The notes below the pieces were generated by a model. The model did not search any database. It had not been told where the DNA came from and worked only from the letters and a program-made list of their open reading frames with translations. Below, in pieces: positions 49,317 to 58,484 of a DNA stretch of 64,000 nucleotides. This stretch comes from a virus (taxonomy: Duplodnaviria; Caudoviricetes), in IMG/VR virus record IMGVR_UViG_3300042892_002922, positions 222,846-286,845 of that record; one strand, given 5' to 3'. Every line of letters begins with the position of its first letter. The stretch's first letter is position 1. The position numbers were made by a program, and so were the translations under genes.

Positions 49317-49998
49317 TTAAATCAATTTCTTTTTCTAGATATTCTTTTAGAACACTATTACCATATGGCGATAAGTGTTGATCGTTTATATCGGAGCCAT
49401 CACAAATCCTTAATTTCTTTTCTTCAGCAATTCTACCAAATAAAAATTGTCTAGGTTCAAATTCGATAAAATTAAGTTCTTTTAATTTATCATATAGAAT
49501 ATTATCTTTTCTTTTTATCAGTGTTTCCTCAACACATAATGAATCCCAAAGATAGTTTATATATTTATATCCTTTCTTCTCAATATAAGCGTTAAAAATT
49601 TCAACATCCTTCATAAATTTTTTAAGATACACTTCTTCATCATATATGTTCATTATGTAATATTGATAAAACCCTCCCAATGTTTTATCTGTAAATTCCA
49701 ATCCAAATTCACAGTATTCATTAGGTGGTGAATGGAAGTTACCATCAAATCTCAATTTATTTTCACCAATTGGTAAATATAAACGTGAAATATAAGAATA
49801 TTGGATAACCAATACTGTATCTTTTACTTCTGTATGGAATGGTTTATCCGAATCACATATAAAATCATAAACATCTTCCATAATTTTATATGGTCCAGCA
49901 CCACTATGTCCGGCTAAATGGTTTTTTGTTTTTGTAAATGAACTAAAGAAACCACTCCTAGCTGTGTGGGAATCTCCAAAAAAAACTAGATTTTTCAT
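49309..49998 (-). CDS. SGNH-like protein
   Basis: FFGDSHT, DQHLSPYGN; start moved to ATG 49998. Confidence 0.6.
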   Translation of the reverse strand: MKNLVFFGDSHTARSGFFSSFTKTKNHLAGHSGAGPYKIMEDVYDFICDSDKPFHTEVKDTVLVIQYSYISRLYLPIGENKLRFDGNFHSPPNEYCEFGLEFTDKTLGGFYQYYIMNIYDEEVYLKKFMKDVEIFNAYIEKKGYKYINYLWDSLCVEETLIKRKDNILYDKLKELNFIEFEPRQFLFGRIAEEKKLRICDGSDINDQHLSPYGNSVLKEYLEKEIDLIT

Positions 49999-50020
49999 AT
50001 AACATATATATCTTTGGTCA

Positions 50021-50027
50021 TATTTAT
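50021..50027 (+). promoter_or_regulatory. TATTTAT motif, candidate late promoter
   Basis: 5 nt before ATG 50033. Confidence 0.45.
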
Positions 50028-50032
50028 ATACT

Positions 50033-51523
50033 ATGAGAGTAATAATATCAGAAAACCAATTAAAAAAGGTCCTTAAATCATCTTTAAACGAGAATGATGG
50101 TAAGGAAATTTTGGATAAAATACTATCTTGGACCAAAGATAAGATAAATCAAGTAGAAAAACTATTTGATGACCCTAAAAAAGCGGATAAATTAGATGTT
50201 GATGTTGATAGTTATTACAACAAATTGGAAGCAATTAGTGGACCAATCGACCAGCAACAACGCGGTGGTTTTAAGTTTCAAGAAAGTGTTGAAGCGGTTC
50301 AAATAGGTTTAATTTTATTAGATTATAAATTACCTAGATTTGGTGTGGATGGTTTATTTGGACCAGAAACAGCAGAAGCGGTAAATAAATTCAAAGAAGA
50401 TAATAATATAGCGGACATTTCATTGAACGAAGGGTTCATTAACGCTGGGTCAACAAACTATTCAAACTTAAAATTCTCATCAAAATCTAGTGGCGACAAT
50501 CTTAGTCAAGCATTATTAGATGATATTCAAACTGCAGCATCAAGTGTTAATGTGGTTGCAAAGGTAACAACAGCAAATACTGGTCACAGTTATTTAACAA
50601 CAACCGGAAATGTGAGTAGACACACCAAAAACATTGCGGTAGATATTGGTTATTTAAATGGTAAAGTTTGTAGTGCTAAGGGACCAGAATATGATTGTGG
50701 TTCATTTAAAACCGACGGTGACAAATTAAAAGACGCTTTGGTTTCTATGGGCTACGTTTGGAACAAAGAAAAAGGTAATCAAAAAGCCGTATTGTGGCAG
50801 ACATATATTGGTGGTAATCACTATAACCATTTACACGTTTCTAACAACGGCGAAGCTAGCGATGGACCTGTAGATGTTGCATCTGCTGCTGTTGGAGGTG
50901 CCGCTGTTGCAATAATTACTGTTGATATGGTTAAGACCATGATTAGTAAATTACAAGCCGGGAATTTGGTTACAAGAGAAACATTAAAAACACATGTTGA
51001 CCCTGCAAAAGTAACTGGTGGCAATGAAGTTTTCACCGACTTAGATTTAACAACACCAGAAGGTTATAGTGCTTATAGAAAAATATGCGATAACTATATT
51101 GCAACAAGAAACCCATCAGGACCAATCACTGGAACAATGATGGCTGACGGTGCAAAAATGGCTATGGAGAAATATAGAAAGTATGTTCCACCAGAATTAG
51201 CGTTAGCTCAAATTACTGTTGAAGGTGGGTTAGCTACCGATTATACTAACAAACCACATAGAACCAAGAATCCGTTTAACGTTGGTCAAAACAAAACAAT
51301 CAGTAATCCACAACCAACTTACCAAGCAGGTATTGATATCTACTATTCATTAATTGCTAGAAGATACATGACGAATGGTAAAACTGCTAGTAATTTGATT
51401 ATGGACTTTAAAAACGATGAAGGATCTGCATATGCGGACGCCGGCTACGAAAGAGCACTTACAAGTTTAATCGCTAGCATAAGAAAGAAAAATGAATCAA
51501 TTTACAAAGAATTAGCCGTATAA
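50033..51523 (+). CDS. Modular peptidoglycan hydrolase (PG-binding + M15-like Zn peptidase + lysozyme/glucosaminidase-like)
   Basis: GVDGLFGPETAEAVNKFK; SRHTKNIAVDI...HYNHLHVS; PELALAQITVEGG...NPFNV. Confidence 0.65.
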   Translation: MRVIISENQLKKVLKSSLNENDGKEILDKILSWTKDKINQVEKLFDDPKKADKLDVDVDSYYNKLEAISGPIDQQQRGGFKFQESVEAVQIGLILLDYKLPRFGVDGLFGPETAEAVNKFKEDNNIADISLNEGFINAGSTNYSNLKFSSKSSGDNLSQALLDDIQTAASSVNVVAKVTTANTGHSYLTTTGNVSRHTKNIAVDIGYLNGKVCSAKGPEYDCGSFKTDGDKLKDALVSMGYVWNKEKGNQKAVLWQTYIGGNHYNHLHVSNNGEASDGPVDVASAAVGGAAVAIITVDMVKTMISKLQAGNLVTRETLKTHVDPAKVTGGNEVFTDLDLTTPEGYSAYRKICDNYIATRNPSGPITGTMMADGAKMAMEKYRKYVPPELALAQITVEGGLATDYTNKPHRTKNPFNVGQNKTISNPQPTYQAGIDIYYSLIARRYMTNGKTASNLIMDFKNDEGSAYADAGYERALTSLIASIRKKNESIYKELAV

Positions 51524-53079
51524 TGAGATTAATACTATCAGAACAACAATATCAAAGGTTAATCCTTGAAGCCGACAAAAGAAGTGTCATAATGAGTTCA
51601 CTTGGTTTTAACCAGGCATGGGCAGATGCATTTCACCGTATAAGTGACAAGGTATCTGTTTGGATTGCTGACGCATATCTAAAAGAAATGTTACAACAAG
51701 TTCCAAAACTATCTGAGATGGATGATGCTGAACATAGAACAATGGTTATTGGAAGGATAAACGAACATTCACCACAAAACGAGAGATTTTGGTCAGAGAT
51801 GATGCCAAATTTCAGATATATAATGGACTGGTTAAGAGGTACTAATGGCACTGTTAATTTAAGAAACTACAACTACCGTAATGCTTTAGAAGGTGCAACT
51901 GATTGGCACAATAGTTTAAGCGTGGAAGTTCAAATTAATTTCAACGAAACCAATGAAATATTTATTGACTATAGAGATAGTAGAGGTATTGGTTTTTATT
52001 GGGCTAACTTAGGAACTAGAGAATGTTCAGATGAAAAAGCTAGAATGGCTCATTGTGGTAGAGCTTCTCACGGTGTTTTATTATCATTGAGAGAGATTAC
52101 GTCAAATGGTAATGGTGAATCACATGTGACCATAGATTATGATCAAGGTATTTTATATGATTTTCATGGGAGAGCTAATAGTAAACCATCATCAAGATAC
52201 CATAGATACATTGTTGATTTCTTAAAGAACACAATATATCCAGTTAACAAATTAAGTTCTAGTGGTGTTCATAGATACCAAGATAACTTCCATTTAGCAG
52301 ATTTAACTGACGAACAAAGAAGAGATGTTTATGCTAGTAACCCATCATTGAAATATGATATTGAAAATGAAAACACTTGGCCGGAGATTATTGCAGCCAT
52401 TCGTTCTGGTGAATTAAATATAAACAACTACACATTCCTTATCGCGTTAGCTTTAATGCGTTTATCTGAATATGACCCAGAATTTATTGCAAAATATGAT
52501 GTAGAAATGCAAACATTATTTAATGCATTTGATACTAGTGAAAACGTGTTACCAACTGAGGAGGCAAAGAAAATATTTATGAAGATATATGGTGAGCGTC
52601 TTATTAATTATATGAACACCGATGAAGGTTTTGAAGAATTAATACCTACCACTAGTAAGTTTAAAGGTATTCTTAGAAGAATTAGTATGGAGTTCATTAA
52701 CGTTTACCAACAGTTCTGCCCATTAATTGATAAAGGTTTTAGAAAGTGGGAAAGCGAGTTAGCTGATTTATTATCCACACCTAGATTAAGAAAGAAAATA
52801 TTAAGATGTACCAATGTTGTTGATTTTTTAAATCAATACTCTGACTTCTCAACATTTGATAGTGAAGGTAATGCTTTAGTTAGAATTGACGATGAAAGTG
52901 GTGAATGGGGAATGGTTAACAGCCAAAACGAATTCATTGTTGAACCAGATTACATTGCATTAAACTATAGTCCAATGGATAGAGATAAATTAATATTAAT
53001 TGGTAAAAAACGTGACGGGTCTTTCTGGAAGATTAACTTAAGAACAAATGAAATAAAGCAATTAGCTGCTCGTTCTTAA
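51523..53079 (+). CDS. PcfJ-like domain protein with C-terminal WG repeat
   Basis: EKARMAHCG...LLSLR...HVTI...FHGRANSKP; WGMVNSQNEFIVEPDY. Confidence 0.55.
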   Translation: MRLILSEQQYQRLILEADKRSVIMSSLGFNQAWADAFHRISDKVSVWIADAYLKEMLQQVPKLSEMDDAEHRTMVIGRINEHSPQNERFWSEMMPNFRYIMDWLRGTNGTVNLRNYNYRNALEGATDWHNSLSVEVQINFNETNEIFIDYRDSRGIGFYWANLGTRECSDEKARMAHCGRASHGVLLSLREITSNGNGESHVTIDYDQGILYDFHGRANSKPSSRYHRYIVDFLKNTIYPVNKLSSSGVHRYQDNFHLADLTDEQRRDVYASNPSLKYDIENENTWPEIIAAIRSGELNINNYTFLIALALMRLSEYDPEFIAKYDVEMQTLFNAFDTSENVLPTEEAKKIFMKIYGERLINYMNTDEGFEELIPTTSKFKGILRRISMEFINVYQQFCPLIDKGFRKWESELADLLSTPRLRKKILRCTNVVDFLNQYSDFSTFDSEGNALVRIDDESGEWGMVNSQNEFIVEPDYIALNYSPMDRDKLILIGKKRDGSFWKINLRTNEIKQLAARS

Positions 53080-53519
53080 TAACTTAATCGTCCCTTAACT
53101 GGGGCTGAAACGTGCCCATCAGAAAGTACTAACATACCATCTTGATATGGTAATGTTTCGTTAGTGCCGGCAATAAACCAATCACCTTTTTTCTGGAAGA
53201 TGTAAACATTACGACAACCTAAAAATTGATTTAATCTGTCTTTAGTTGTCCTTGTTTCCCAACCACCAGTGCTAACAGTTAAAACACCAGTTGGGTCCAT
53301 CTTAACAATATATGTTCTGTGGTATTTTATACCGATTGTAAACTCATCAATTTGTTCAACAAAAGTATTGTGTCCAATTTTCTTGGACGATTTTCCGCCT
53401 AGATATTCAACTAAATCGTTGAAATCGGTATAATGACATGCTAATTTAGCTTCATTTAAATGAATTTTACCCACCAAATTCATTACTTGCTCTTCTGTTA
53501 AAATGATTTTTTTGCCCAT
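53076..53519 (-). CDS. Conserved phage hypothetical protein with IILTEEQ leader
   Basis: YHRT.IV, TGGWETRTTKDRLN. Confidence 0.6.
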   Translation of the reverse strand: MGKKIILTEEQVMNLVGKIHLNEAKLACHYTDFNDLVEYLGGKSSKKIGHNTFVEQIDEFTIGIKYHRTYIVKMDPTGVLTVSTGGWETRTTKDRLNQFLGCRNVYIFQKKGDWFIAGTNETLPYQDGMLVLSDGHVSAPVKGRLSY

Positions 53520-53525
53520 AATAAT

Positions 53526-53532
53526 ATAAATA
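53526..53532 (-). promoter_or_regulatory. TATTTAT motif, candidate late promoter
   Basis: 6 nt before ATG 53519 on the minus strand. Confidence 0.45.
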
Positions 53533-53542
53533 TCACAACATT

Positions 53543-53574
53543 TTTGTTTTTTAAAGTATTTTCCTATATATTAG
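53543..53574 (+). promoter_or_regulatory. Bacteroidota-type promoter (TTTG-N20-TATATTAG)
   Basis: Consensus spacing; ATG 4 nt downstream. Confidence 0.5.
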
Positions 53575-53578
53575 TCAA

Positions 53579-54070
53579 ATGATAGAAAAAATAGACAAAA
53601 TATATGTTTATTTGGATGATATTCGAACACCTACATCCAATAATTGGATTGTTGTAAGAAATTACAAGGAATTTGTTGATATCATTAATGAACATGGATT
53701 GGATAACATTGAAGTTATCTCATTGGATCATGATCTTGGTGAGACGGCTATGATTGAATATTACAACAATGTAAAAAAGAATTATGTTTTAGAGTATAGT
53801 AATATTGAGGAGAAAACCGGATATGATGCTTGCAAATACCTTGTGAGTAAAAGTATGGAAACGGGAATACCACTTCCTCAAATATATGTTCACTCCGCAA
53901 ATCCAATCGGTAGCGCTAATATGATGGGGTATATTAACAATTACTTTAAGAATTGCAGAACCCCTCAAACATGTATACAAGCAAGTACGCCACACACAGT
54001 TGATGAATCCTTATACTTATCCCCTGAAGCTAGAAAAGCAAAATGGGATAGAACCAAAACAGAAGAATAA
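53579..54070 (+). CDS. Cyclic-phosphate-processing receiver-like domain protein
   Basis: YLDDIRTP, ISLDHDLG, TGYD, HSANPIG. Confidence 0.7.
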   Translation: MIEKIDKIYVYLDDIRTPTSNNWIVVRNYKEFVDIINEHGLDNIEVISLDHDLGETAMIEYYNNVKKNYVLEYSNIEEKTGYDACKYLVSKSMETGIPLPQIYVHSANPIGSANMMGYINNYFKNCRTPQTCIQASTPHTVDESLYLSPEARKAKWDRTKTEE

Positions 54071-55098
54071 TGACACATGGATCGTTTTTTAGTGGTATAG
54101 GTGGCTTTGATTTAGCCGCTGAATGGGTTGGGTGGGAAAATAAATTTCATTGCGAAATTGAGCCCTTCTGTCAAAAAGTTTTAAATCATTATTGGCCGGA
54201 TGCGGAATTATTTGAAAACATAAAAACAGCAAATTTTGAAAAATATAGAAATAAAGTCCGAGTTATTAGTGGAGGATTCCCATGTCAACCATATTCAATC
54301 GCGGGTAAGCGACTTGGTAAGGAAGACGATCGTCACCTCTGGCCTTTCATGCTTGAAGGTATTAGACAAATCAACCCAGATTACGTCGTGGGCGAAAATG
54401 TTTTTGGCCTCACTAGTTGGAATGAAGGATTGGTCCTCGAAGAGGTGTGTCTTGACCTGGAAAACGAAGGTTACCAAGTACAACCGATTATTGTTCCAGC
54501 TGCAGGTGTCGGTGCTCCGCACAAAAGAGATAGAATCTGGATCGTGGCTTCTAAAAACACCAACAAAAATGGATGGGGAAGTTTCAAGCGGAAAATCCAA
54601 TCCAGTTTCGGGGAACAGTGGGACCTTAGCACAGGAGATTATGAGTGGTTATCAACCGACGATGAAGAAGTTGGGGCTACTACCGACGCCAACAACACAG
54701 GAGATAGAACATCCGAACGCAATATTATCACCAACGGGTCGCAGAGTAGCGCGCAATGGGGAAACTCACAGCTTGAATCTGGCGGACATGGCGATAAGAG
54801 GAATGTTACCGACAGTAATGGCGAGAGATTTCAGGGGAGCGAGATCATTGGAAGCGTTGGAGAAATCGGGCAGAGGGAAAAACAATTCCCTCCCAGATTA
54901 TTACGCACAAACTGGGAAGAGTTCCCAACTCAATCCCCGATTTGTACTGGAGATGATGGGCTTCCCAGCGAATTGGACGGAATTGCCGTTTCAAAATGGA
55001 AAAAACAAACAATAATGGCATCTGGTAATGCTATTGTTCCTAACATCGCATACAATATATTTCAAGTAATTCAACAAATGGATAAATTAACAGTATGA
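54070..55098 (+). CDS. C5-cytosine DNA methyltransferase, alpha polypeptide
   Basis: FFSGIGG (I), GGFPCQ (IV), ENV (VI), APHKRDRIWI (VIII), GNAIVP (X). Confidence 0.9.
   Translation: MTHGSFFSGIGGFDLAAEWVGWENKFHCEIEPFCQKVLNHYWPDAELFENIKTANFEKYRNKVRVISGGFPCQPYSIAGKRLGKEDDRHLWPFMLEGIRQINPDYVVGENVFGLTSWNEGLVLEEVCLDLENEGYQVQPIIVPAAGVGAPHKRDRIWIVASKNTNKNGWGSFKRKIQSSFGEQWDLSTGDYEWLSTDDEEVGATTDANNTGDRTSERNIITNGSQSSAQWGNSQLESGGHGDKRNVTDSNGERFQGSEIIGSVGEIGQREKQFPPRLLRTNWEEFPTQSPICTGDDGLPSELDGIAVSKWKKQTIMASGNAIVPNIAYNIFQVIQQMDKLTV
54398..55015 (+). CDS. Overlapping alternative-frame beta polypeptide of the C5-MTase (start uncertain; frame open from 54236)
   Basis: LLKTP/LLPTP/MLPT repeats and motif IX-like QLNPRFVLEMMGFPANWT, which the alpha frame lacks. 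Confidence 0.65.
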   Translation: MFLASLVGMKDWSSKRCVLTWKTKVTKYNRLLFQLQVSVLRTKEIESGSWLLKTPTKMDGEVSSGKSNPVSGNSGTLAQEIMSGYQPTMKKLGLLPTPTTQEIEHPNAILSPTGRRVARNGETHSLNLADMAIRGMLPTVMARDFRGARSLEALEKSGRGKNNSLPDYYAQTGKSSQLNPRFVLEMMGFPANWTELPFQNGKNKQ

Positions 55099-55289
55099 AA
55101 AAAATCATTGGCTTGTTTCTCATAACACTATTCTTTTCTTCTTGTAATCCCCGTTTGTATATTATTGGTAGTGGTATGAGATATCACAATCTTTCACAAA
55201 ACAAATATCAACCCAGTAAACATAGAAAGAAAGTAAATGTTGGCTCAAGTCGATATTCACCAGTATGGTTTATACTAAGAAAATTTTAA
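55095..55289 (+). CDS. Small lipoprotein-like protein
   Basis: MKK + hydrophobic stretch + FSSC lipobox. Confidence 0.5.
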   Translation: MKKIIGLFLITLFFSSCNPRLYIIGSGMRYHNLSQNKYQPSKHRKKVNVGSSRYSPVWFILRKF

Positions 55290-55300
55290 AATAAAAAAAT

Positions 55301-55972
55301 ATGATTTACGTATCAATAGACATCGAGACATCAGGTCTTGACCACGAGAAACACAAAGTACTATCTATCGGTGCAATCATCGAAGATACTGAAAAGAAAT
55401 TACCATTCGATGAGTGTCCCAAGTTCAACGCCATTGTTCTTCAAAATGATATTGTTGGTTCACCTAGAGCGTTGGATATGAACGCTGAAATCATTCACTA
55501 TATGAGTGAGTATATGGAAGCAAACAAACACACTGAACTGCAAGCTGAATACAGAAGATTATCTGGGTATGAATTTTATAAGGAAGATGAAGTGGTTGCG
55601 GAATTTTATCGTTTCCTTTTTGGAAATGGATTTGGGTATGAATTAGGACCTGGTGATTTTGTTAACACCATTTATGGTGTTGATTATCCTGCGATAGGTG
55701 GTAAAACAAAACCAATTACATTAAATGTTGCGGGTAAGAACTTTGGAACCTTTGATAAATTATTCTTACAAGAACTTCCTTGGTGGCAGAAGTTAATTCG
55801 TACTCGTCAAAGAGTATTAGACCCAGCAATTTTAATGGTTGATTGGAAGAATGATACGTCATTACCAAACTTAATGACTTGTAAAGAACGTGCTGATATT
55901 CAAGGCATTGTGACACATAATGCATTGGAAGATGCTTGGGATGTTATTGAGGTTCTAAGAAAATTTTATTAA
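55301..55972 (+). CDS. DEDD-family 3'-5' exonuclease
   Basis: IDIETSG, GKNFGTFD, HNALEDA. Confidence 0.85.
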   Translation: MIYVSIDIETSGLDHEKHKVLSIGAIIEDTEKKLPFDECPKFNAIVLQNDIVGSPRALDMNAEIIHYMSEYMEANKHTELQAEYRRLSGYEFYKEDEVVAEFYRFLFGNGFGYELGPGDFVNTIYGVDYPAIGGKTKPITLNVAGKNFGTFDKLFLQELPWWQKLIRTRQRVLDPAILMVDWKNDTSLPNLMTCKERADIQGIVTHNALEDAWDVIEVLRKFY

Positions 55973-56035
55973 TAATAATATTTTTTTTGTTTTTAATAAA
56001 AAAATAATAATTTTACACCATAAACAAATTTAATT

Positions 56036-56707
56036 ATGCAACAAGTAACATTAAACAAAAACAGTTGGCACTACAAGTATTATTCTACAGTCGTAGGTGA
56101 TTACGCACCAAAATCTTTATGTCCATATTTCTGGACTATGGTTATTTTAATCATATTATCTCCACTTTTTCTTATTGTAATAGGGTCAATAAAATTTATG
56201 GATAAACTCATTAATTTTTTTGATAAAATAACAATCATTAAAAGTAAAAAAGAAGTAAGAGAGGTTAAAATAAAAACCGAACAAGAGTGGGATGTGTGGT
56301 TTGATGAACAAGAAAAAATAGCATTAGCAAAGAGAAAAAGATGGGATAATATATCACATAAATTTTCGTTAGTATTTGGATGGGTTATAGTTCCATTAAT
56401 ATTTGCCTGTGCGATTTGGCAGGGTTACAATTTAATTGTAAAGCACGGTATAGTACCAATTATAGTTGTTCTTTTAATTATATTAGTATTTGTTGGCGTT
56501 ATATGGGGGTTCATCTGGGTTGCAAATACATATGCGAACAAAACTGGTAAACATTTAATGACATTTTTTAAGTTTATAAATCCACTCAGATTTAAATTCG
56601 TACAAATCATTGGTGAAATGATTAAAGCGTGGTATACTAAAGCGTGCCCATTAATTACTTGGGAAGGTAAAAGTCAGGACGAATTAAATTTTATTGGCAA
56701 TGACTAA
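56036..56707 (+). CDS. Membrane protein, hypothetical
   Basis: Three hydrophobic segments; SLCPYFW motif. Confidence 0.6.
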   Translation: MQQVTLNKNSWHYKYYSTVVGDYAPKSLCPYFWTMVILIILSPLFLIVIGSIKFMDKLINFFDKITIIKSKKEVREVKIKTEQEWDVWFDEQEKIALAKRKRWDNISHKFSLVFGWVIVPLIFACAIWQGYNLIVKHGIVPIIVVLLIILVFVGVIWGFIWVANTYANKTGKHLMTFFKFINPLRFKFVQIIGEMIKAWYTKACPLITWEGKSQDELNFIGND

Positions 56708-56906
56708 ATTTTTTGAATACAAAGAAGTTAAGCACGTTGATTATATCAAGATTGACGAGATGAATTTATTGGGTCGAGAAGGATGGGAACTTATTTTATG
56801 TGATGCTGGTTCGTATATCTTTAAAAGAGAAATCACAGACACACTAAAAAATGATCCATGGGGTGATATTGGTATAGAAAAAAATAAACCATTTCAATAT
56901 GAATAA
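56694..56906 (+). CDS. Hypothetical protein
   Basis: FEYK...LNxLGREGWEL...YIFKR pattern. Confidence 0.55.
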   Translation: MAMTKFFEYKEVKHVDYIKIDEMNLLGREGWELILCDAGSYIFKREITDTLKNDPWGDIGIEKNKPFQYE

Positions 56907-57135
56907 GCGAAACTACGATGGTGTTGATTGTGCCTGTGGATTTTTTACAATGTCCGCAATTATTTTAACAATCATAAAAATGAATTTCTATGATGAGTTA
57001 TCTTGGTGGACTGTTACACTACCAATCTGGGGACCAACTGTTTTAGTTAGTTCAGTTGTTCTTTATTTTTATTGTTTAACAAAACTAAGTGATTTAGCTA
57101 AAAGGGAATATAAGATAAAAAACAATGGGAATTAA
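56899..57135 (+). CDS. Small membrane protein
   Basis: SWWTVTLPIWGP; TM segments. Confidence 0.55.
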   Translation: MNKRNYDGVDCACGFFTMSAIILTIIKMNFYDELSWWTVTLPIWGPTVLVSSVVLYFYCLTKLSDLAKREYKIKNNGN

Positions 57136-57628
57136 TTACTATCGCATACCAACACACGAGGAGATGGAAGCTCGTAAACAAACCTTAATTGGTTTTATAA
57201 CTAATCTTGAACTATCTCCCGAGAATATTGAAGGTGGGTTTAAATTAATCAGTCCAAGAAAAGAATGGGAATGGTTTTCACCCTGGGATATGTTTTTAGA
57301 AGATACCAATATACATCTAGGTAAGAGAAGTGCTGGTTGGAAATTCTGTTGGAATTTTCATAAAGATAAACACTATCATGATAAAGAAAGTTTATTGGAG
57401 TTCATTCGTTCTGGTAGAGTTGTTGATGAATATGGTGAAGAACAAAATGTTGAGGAGTTCATTACGATGGCACTTGAATGGGGTCAACCAGATGGTTGGG
57501 TTGTAAATGAAATTTATCGTTTAAAAGAAAGGGCTAAAGGTCATGGTTCTTATTGGACCGATAATGAGAAATATGATGATTTAATGATTGATGGGTTAAG
57601 AGTTTCATCAGCAACAGATTTTTGTTAA
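57125..57628 (+). CDS. Conserved phage hypothetical protein
   Basis: MGINYY, HLGKRSAGWKF, VVDEYG. Confidence 0.6.
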   Translation: MGINYYRIPTHEEMEARKQTLIGFITNLELSPENIEGGFKLISPRKEWEWFSPWDMFLEDTNIHLGKRSAGWKFCWNFHKDKHYHDKESLLEFIRSGRVVDEYGEEQNVEEFITMALEWGQPDGWVVNEIYRLKERAKGHGSYWTDNEKYDDLMIDGLRVSSATDFC

Positions 57629-57646
57629 AAATATTTTTTTTGATTA

Positions 57647-58303
57647 ATGATAAAGATAGATAAAGATATAAAAGTTTGGATAACATCCGACACGCATTAT
57701 TCACACAAGAATATTTGTAGAGGAACAACTAACTGGAGATTACCTGATGGTTCAAAACCAGAAGAACAAACACGCCCATTTGAGACCATTGATAAAATGA
57801 ATGCAGCAATCGTCAACAACATTAATAGTGTTGTTGGTCAAGACGATGTGCTAATACATTTAGGTGATTGGTCCTTTGGTGGGTTTGAAAACATCGAGGA
57901 ATTCTATCATAGATTAATCTGTAAGAATATTCATTTAATATTGGGTAACCACGACCATCACATCGATAGAAATAGGTCCGATATAAAGAAATTATTTACT
58001 AGTGTTAGTTGGTTCGAGCAATTCGAATACCAAGGTGAAACACTTGAGTGTATGCATTATCCAATTAGTTCTTGGAACGCGCTTAGAAAGGGTAGAATAC
58101 ACCTTCACGGTCATTGTCATCTACCTAACCATCTAAAGATAAGTAATGGTAGGAGAATGGACGTTGGTTTAGATGGTCATCTAGAGTTCCGACCATATGA
58201 TTTGCATCGTGAGGTAATCAATCCATTAAAGAGATTACAGATAGGATCTGAGTTAGGTGCATTAGACCACCATATCGATTTATTAGGACACGAGAAACAA
58301 TGA
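57647..58303 (+). CDS. Calcineurin-like metallophosphoesterase
   Basis: SDTHYSH, HLGD, GNHD, HYP, HLHGHCH. Confidence 0.9.
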   Translation: MIKIDKDIKVWITSDTHYSHKNICRGTTNWRLPDGSKPEEQTRPFETIDKMNAAIVNNINSVVGQDDVLIHLGDWSFGGFENIEEFYHRLICKNIHLILGNHDHHIDRNRSDIKKLFTSVSWFEQFEYQGETLECMHYPISSWNALRKGRIHLHGHCHLPNHLKISNGRRMDVGLDGHLEFRPYDLHREVINPLKRLQIGSELGALDHHIDLLGHEKQ

Positions 58304-58473
58304 GAGAGTTCCCCAAACCATTAGCCAATATTATGGCTATTTTGGCTGCGTTTACATTAGGTGGATATGTTACCCAAGAGTATATGTTCAACCAACCAGT
58401 TGAGGTGTCCCGCTACGTATTAACATTTGTATTCGGGTTTATATTTTATTTGTACGCAAACAAAGAGTCCTGA
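58300..58473 (+). CDS. Small membrane protein (57 aa)
   Basis: Translated by hand; two TM segments; ATGA overlap. Confidence 0.5.
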   Translation: MREFPKPLANIMAILAAFTLGGYVTQEYMFNQPVEVSRYVLTFVFGFIFYLYANKES

Positions 58474-58480
58474 TATTTAT
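58474..58480 (+). promoter_or_regulatory. TATTTAT motif, candidate late promoter
   Basis: 4 nt before ATG 58485. Confidence 0.45.
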
Positions 58481-58484
58481 TGGT

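Noticed and set aside
49999-50136. Long 5' extensions in the ORF track (49309-50136, also 36675-37214, 62951, 48478, 59711)
   Set aside because: They overlap neighbouring genes, and family motifs start at downstream ATGs
39474-52779. DnaA boxes TTATCCACA at 39474 and 52771
   Set aside because: Two isolated hits inside coding sequence, about the number expected by chance; no cluster suggesting an origin
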